Shown here: in pieces, positions 61,402 to 64,000 of the stretch
Layout of the letters: each line of letters begins with the position of its first letter
Position numbering within the stretch: the first letter of the stretch is position 1
Origin: Planctomycetaceae bacterium
GTDB taxonomy: Bacteria; Planctomycetota; PLA2
Assembly (NCBI GenBank): GCA_011525755.1
Contig: WYBS01000069.1
Coordinates: 5,196 to 69,195 of the forward strand
Direction of reading: 5' to 3'
DNA: 64,000 nt
The notes under the pieces: generated by a model
The model's input: the letters and a program-made list of their open reading frames with translations, nothing else
The model's database searches: none
Told to the model about the DNA's origin: nothing
Program-made: the position numbers and the translations under genes

Positions 61402-64000
61402 TCACTTCGCAGGGAGCCGCAGCTCGACGTCGGTCGCGCCCGCCTCGATCGTGCCGCAGGGTCGGAACCCGCCGTGGTAGAGGTGCGCCTCCACCTGGTA
61501 CCGGCCGGGCTCCATCCCCATCACGTGGAAGCGGCCGTCCGCGTCAGTCTTCGCCCCCTTTGCCCCGCTTGCATGCAGGAATCGCAGCGTTGCCGACGCG
61601 AGGGGCGCGCCGTCGCCATCGACCAGCCGGCCGCTCGCCGAGAGGCCCCGCCGGAGGACGATCCGCACGTCGGTCGTGCCCACGGCGACGTCGCGGATCG
61701 TCGTCCGGATGAAGACGCCGTCCCCGGCGAACACGGTGCAGGTCGCGCCATCGGGAAGCCCCGCGACCCTGAAGGCGCCCGACTTGTCCGTCTCCGCGGC
61801 AATGGGGAAGTCGCCGTCCCGGGCGTCGACGTGGACCCACACGTTGCGAAGCGGGCCGGAGCCGTCCGAGACCGTTCCCGCGATCGCCCCGCCGACACGG
61901 GCGACGAGCCGCTCGCCGGTTGCCCCGGCGTCCGCGCTGCCGAGCGCCGCAACGTAGTTCGTCGCGCCGTGCCGGCGCTCGAGGACGAGCGCGTGGCCGC
62001 CCGGCTCCAGCTCACGGATGACGAACCGCCCTTGGGCGTCCGTCTGCGCTCGCTTCCGGCCCTTCCCGGCCGTGCGGATCCAGCGCTCCGCCACCGGAGC
62101 CCCGGTCTCGTCCACGAGGATCCCCTCGATCGAGAGGCGCTCGTCCGCCGCCGGCTCGAACGTGACCTTGAGCGTGGCGGTCCCGGTGCGCACCTGCCGG
62201 CGGACGACCTCGGTCCGGTCCGTCCGGTCCGAGGCGCGGAACGTCAGCTTGTAGGCACCGTCGCGCAGCCCGCGGATGTCGAACGCGCCGTCCTCGCGCG
62301 TCTGGGCGAACCCTCCGGGCGCGTCGCCGGTGTCCGAGACGGCGGTCACGTGCATCAAGTGGATGCCCCGCCCCTCCTTGTCGACGACAACGCCGGAGAT
62401 CGTGGAAGCCCGTTCGACGACGATCCTCAGCTCCGGGGCGCCGGCCGCGACGTCGGGTAGCGCGGTCTCGACGATGTTCGCCGTGCGCGACTCGGCGACG
62501 CGGACCCGGTACTCGCCGGGAGCGAGATCTTCCGCGACGAAGCGCCCCGTCGCGTCGGTGGAGAGGATCCGCGACGGCAGCGGATCGCGGCCCGGCATCC
62601 CGTCCACCTGGACGAACGCGGCGGGCACCGGCGAGCCATCCGGGAGAACCACCTGTCCCGCGATCGAAAGCGTGCGGGCGAGCGCGACGCGAGCGCGTCC
62701 GCGTGGCGGCAACTCGAATCTCGTCGATCCCGCCGCGAACCCGCGGGCGGCCGCCTCGATCTCCCACCAGCCGGAGCCGAGGTCCCTCGCCGCGAATTCG
62801 CCCGCCTCGTCCGTCACCGCCGCGACGGCTTCCTCCGGGCCGATCGCGCCCTGCGGCAGGGGTTCGTCGACCGGGCGGGTGCGACGCACCTTCACTCTAG
62901 CTCCCATGACCGGCTTGCCGGTGCCCGCGTCCACGACCGTGCCCTCGAGCAGGTTCCCGGGAGAGAGGACGAAGCCCGCCTCGTACCGATCGCGCCCCTC
63001 CTCCAGTGTGATCTCCACGGGCTCCGCGTCGGCCATCCCGGGGGCCCCTGCACGAACCCAGAGCCGCTTGTGCTCCTCGACGACGCCCTGCAAAGGGACA
63101 TCGAAGGTGCCGGAGCGCGTGACCGGATGCCGCGTCGCGGAGTACCACCGCCGCGCCCTCTCCGTGGTCACGGACATGTCGTTGGCGGGGCGACCGCTTC
63201 GCTCGTTGTAGCCGGGTAGCGCGACGAGGACGTAGGCCCCCGCCGGCGCCTCGCCCTCGGGGCCGCGCACGGTGCCCGTGAGCCTCGGATCCGGCCGCCG
63301 TTCGAGCTGTAGCGTCACGCGGCTCGCGATCAAGGGCCAAGGGCCGACCTGCCTCATCCCGGGAGCGGAGACCCTGACGACGCCGGCGTCCGCGAAGACA
63401 TGCTCCAGCCGGAAGGTGCCGTCGGCTGCGGACTCGCAGGAGGGTCCGCCGGCGACGATCACGCGAGCCCCGGCGAACGGGAGGCCGTCCGGGCCGAGCA
63501 CGATGCCTTCGATGTCGATATCCCCCCGCACGAGCCTTGCGACGTACTCGACCTCCTCGCCCTCGCGCAGCTCGACGATCCAGGGGGACTCGCCGTCGCC
63601 CGATCGCAGCGCGCCCAGCTGGTCCTGCGGGAACCCTTCCTGCCGGTGGCCCCCGCCCGCCATGTTCAGGACGGCCCTTCCGGGAGGAAGGTCGTCGAGC
63701 ACGAAACGCCCCTCGTCGTCGGTGACCGCGTGACGCTGGACGTAGCCGCCTTCGAGCCCGAGCTGGAACGACATGACCGAAGTCCGTGAGACCGGCCCGG
63801 CCGGGCCGAGCGCCGTCCCCCTGATCCGGGCGGCGCGGACGAGACGGAAGTCGAGCACCCTCTTCTCCCCGTCGCGCAGGTAGAGCACGTCCTCGATGCC
63901 GCGGCTCACGACATGGCCGGGAGCCTCGACAACCGCGCTATGGACGCTGCAGGGCGGGAGCGTGTCGATCATGTAGCGGCCGCTCACGTCCGTGGTCGCG
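61402..64000 (-). CDS. Large protein of tandem carboxypeptidase-regulatory-like domains (5' end outside the window)
   Basis: The reading frame is open to the window edge: codons upstream of the track's GTG at 63987 read ..ATTDV with no stop. Many repeats of the type G.V.D..G.P...A.V......TD..G.F....L..G.Y. Confidence 0.8.
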   Translation of the reverse strand, partial: ATTDVSGRYMIDTLPPCSVHSAVVEAPGHVVSRGIEDVLYLRDGEKRVLDFRLVRAARIRGTALGPAGPVSRTSVMSFQLGLEGGYVQRHAVTDDEGRFVLDDLPPGRAVLNMAGGGHRQEGFPQDQLGALRSGDGESPWIVELREGEEVEYVARLVRGDIDIEGIVLGPDGLPFAGARVIVAGGPSCESAADGTFRLEHVFADAGVVRVSAPGMRQVGPWPLIASRVTLQLERRPDPRLTGTVRGPEGEAPAGAYVLVALPGYNERSGRPANDMSVTTERARRWYSATRHPVTRSGTFDVPLQGVVEEHKRLWVRAGAPGMADAEPVEITLEEGRDRYEAGFVLSPGNLLEGTVVDAGTGKPVMGARVKVRRTRPVDEPLPQGAIGPEEAVAAVTDEAGEFAARDLGSGWWEIEAAARGFAAGSTRFELPPRGRARVALARTLSIAGQVVLPDGSPVPAAFVQVDGMPGRDPLPSRILSTDATGRFVAEDLAPGEYRVRVAESRTANIVETALPDVAAGAPELRIVVERASTISGVVVDKEGRGIHLMHVTAVSDTGDAPGGFAQTREDGAFDIRGLRDGAYKLTFRASDRTDRTEVVRRQVRTGTATLKVTFEPAADERLSIEGILVDETGAPVAERWIRTAGKGRKRAQTDAQGRFVIRELEPGGHALVLERRHGATNYVAALGSADAGATGERLVARVGGAIAGTVSDGSGPLRNVWVHVDARDGDFPIAAETDKSGAFRVAGLPDGATCTVFAGDGVFIRTTIRDVAVGTTDVRIVLRRGLSASGRLVDGDGAPLASATLRFLHASGAKGAKTDADGRFHVMGMEPGRYQVEAHLYHGGFRPCGTIEAGATDVELRLPAK

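Overview
High-GC (about 70% or more by eye) bacterial chromosomal window. I call about 47 protein-coding genes and saw no rRNA, tRNA, CRISPR array, transposase or integrase. Most long ORFs in the six-frame track are Arg/Pro/Gly/Ala-rich antisense shadows of the real genes, so starts were re-picked from signal peptides, domain boundaries and ATGA/GTGA stop-start overlaps. The gene content fits a Gram-negative, signalling-rich lineage (Myxococcota-, Planctomycetota- or Bdellovibrionota-like), but I cannot assign taxonomy from sequence alone.

Main content:
1. A 1732-aa fusion protein (88-5286) combining a Ser/Thr kinase, a STAND-like module, TPR, GAF, a sigma54 AAA+ core and a winged helix. Related 10-bp phased repeat arrays flank it on both sides. 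Two paralogous small secreted Cys-containing proteins follow it in a lower-GC islet.
2. Housekeeping and envelope genes: UbiA prenyltransferase, peptidase-MA-like, VanZ, XdhC, a PII-like protein, DUF523, BON, DUF374, YgfZ, an LpxL-family acyltransferase, a dynamin-like GTPase, QueC, a dGTPase-like protein, threonine dehydratase and an M19 dipeptidase.
3. A monocistronic 67-aa bacterial histone-fold (Bd0055/DUF1931-like) gene at 21959-22162 with its own promoter, 5' hairpin and strong intrinsic terminator.
4. A PP2C phosphatase plus FHA-kinase signalling pair.
5. A 25-kb, 15-gene, same-strand array (60414 down to 35131), mostly with overlapping stop/start codons. It has a MoxR-DUF58-BatA-vWA-DUF4175 core. 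Upstream it is extended by an MFS transporter, a 1535-aa PQQ-propeller/TPR protein and a terpenoid-cyclase-fold protein. Downstream it adds secreted coiled-coil/TPR proteins, an NPCBM-module protein, three tandem HtrA-like PDZ proteins and a HEAT/PA-IL-lectin-like protein. Only one of the three HtrA-like proteins keeps the catalytic triad; the other two carry Tyr at the nucleophile position.

I consider this extended MoxR/vWA plus pseudo-protease operon and the histone gene the best candidates for new biology.
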